A DNA stretch of 64,000 bases from Octopus sinensis (taxonomy: Eukaryota). The DNA is taken from contig NC_043006.1 in assembly GCF_006345805.1 (NCBI RefSeq), positions 14,260,001 through 14,324,000 on the forward strand, given 5' to 3'. Position numbers and translations under genes: made by a program. Below the pieces are notes generated by a model. It was not told where the DNA came from. It searched no databases and saw only the letters and a list, made by a program, of their open reading frames with translations. This document shows, piece after piece, positions 62,864 to 64,000 of this stretch (positions are counted from its first letter, which is position 1; the number at the start of each line of letters is the position of its first letter).

Positions 62864-63360
62864 CTAAAATATGAGGGGGAAAAAAGCAGAAAAATATTAA
62901 TATATCCACCACTACTAGTCTGAATAAATGTAGTTGTTAACAGAGTCAAAAAACAATATATTGAAAGAGTAAATATGGAATTTATACATTTAGTAAAGGA
63001 TAAACTATGCAAAAACAAGTCATAAATAATCTGAAGATTACTTACAAGGTTTGAGTCAGCTGCAAGCAAGAGCAGAAGACACTTGCCCAAGGTGCCACAC
63101 AGTGGGACTGAACTCAAAGCTATGTGGTTGGGAAGCAGCCTCCTTAGCCACAAAGCAATGCCTCCACCTATTAGCTTTGTGCTATGGTAGAAGACACTTG
63201 CCCAAGGTACCACACAAGACTGAACACGAACTGATGTGGTTAGAAAGCAAATTTCTTAACCGCAAAGCTATACCTGCACTTATTGGCTTTAAGTAGGCTG
63301 GGAATATAGTAGAAGACACTTGCCCAGAAGCCATGCAATGGGACTGAACCCAAAACCATG

Positions 63361-63527
63361 TACCGCAAATCCTCAAGTATAGTCCACCCTTGAGTATAAT
63401 ACGCAGGGGTTTTTTAGGGGGCTGTACCTCTGAAAAACCTAAACCTTGTGTATAATACACGCCCCCTCTCTAACTTGAGTCAAGGAGGTCTATATAACGC
63501 CCTTGGTTTGTAAAAATGTATACGGTA
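63361..63527. mobile_element. Short Tc1/pogo-type MITE
   Basis: TACCG..CGGTA ends with an internal gtataatac repeat. Confidence 0.4.
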
Positions 63528-64000
63528 ACATCCTTTATTATTATTGTAAATATCACATAATGCAAATGTGTAGCTTTTTTGTGCATTTTGTTTGCAGAAA
63601 ATAAAGAAATAACAGTAATAACATCATCATCATCATCATCATTATCATTTAGCGTCCGCTTTCCATGCTAGCATGGGTTGGACGGTTCAACTGGGGTCTG
63701 TGAAGCCAGAAGGCAGCATCAGGCCCAGTCTGATCTGGCAGTGTTTCTACGGCTGGATGCCCTTCCTAACGCCAACCACTCCGTGAGTGTAGTGGATGCC
63801 TTTTACATGCCAACCGCACAGGTGCCATACGGAGCTGGCAAACGGCCACGAACGGATGGTGCTTTTACGTGCCACTGGCACAGGGGCCAGGTGAGGCGGA
63901 TGATTCTTTTATGACTTCATTGCTTTCAGGCTTAGCTTAAGGTATTTTCACGCCCGACATCACAAAATGCGTCTGAATAAACATTGCCGGACAGCAAATA

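Noticed and set aside
63035-63075. GTAAGT donor as a further POP1 exon
   Set aside because: The upstream sequence is SINE-derived and does not encode the expected POP1 segment.

Overview
AT-rich, repeat-dense eukaryotic DNA. The SINE, Helitron, LINE and microsatellite complement suggests a coleoid cephalopod such as Octopus (inference). The only host gene I can confidently identify is POP1 (RNase P/MRP subunit) on the minus strand. Four exons (62863-62776, 61062-60298, 58372-58229, 51012-50021) splice in frame through GT-AG introns into a 662-aa C-terminal portion; the 5' exons lie beyond the window end. The rest is mostly transposon debris: mariner, DD37D, hAT, TTAA/piggyBac-like MITEs, Helitrons, CR1-, RTE-, R4- and Tx1-like LINEs, Penelope-like remnants and dozens of SINEs. 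The main discovery is a 750-bp Penelope-like insertion with a 14-bp target duplication in the last POP1 intron. It carries two type I hammerhead ribozyme motifs exactly 430 nt apart on the POP1 sense strand, with a palindromic stem III suited to dimeric cleavage, making it a candidate retrozyme or self-cleaving intron. Other hammerhead-like motifs occur at about 38.0 kb and 51.2 kb. Also notable are a roughly 10-kb inverted duplication (22.1-32.4 kb) with arm-specific insertions and empty sites, a 49/69-bp higher-order minisatellite built from hairpins, and several long fold-back structures.
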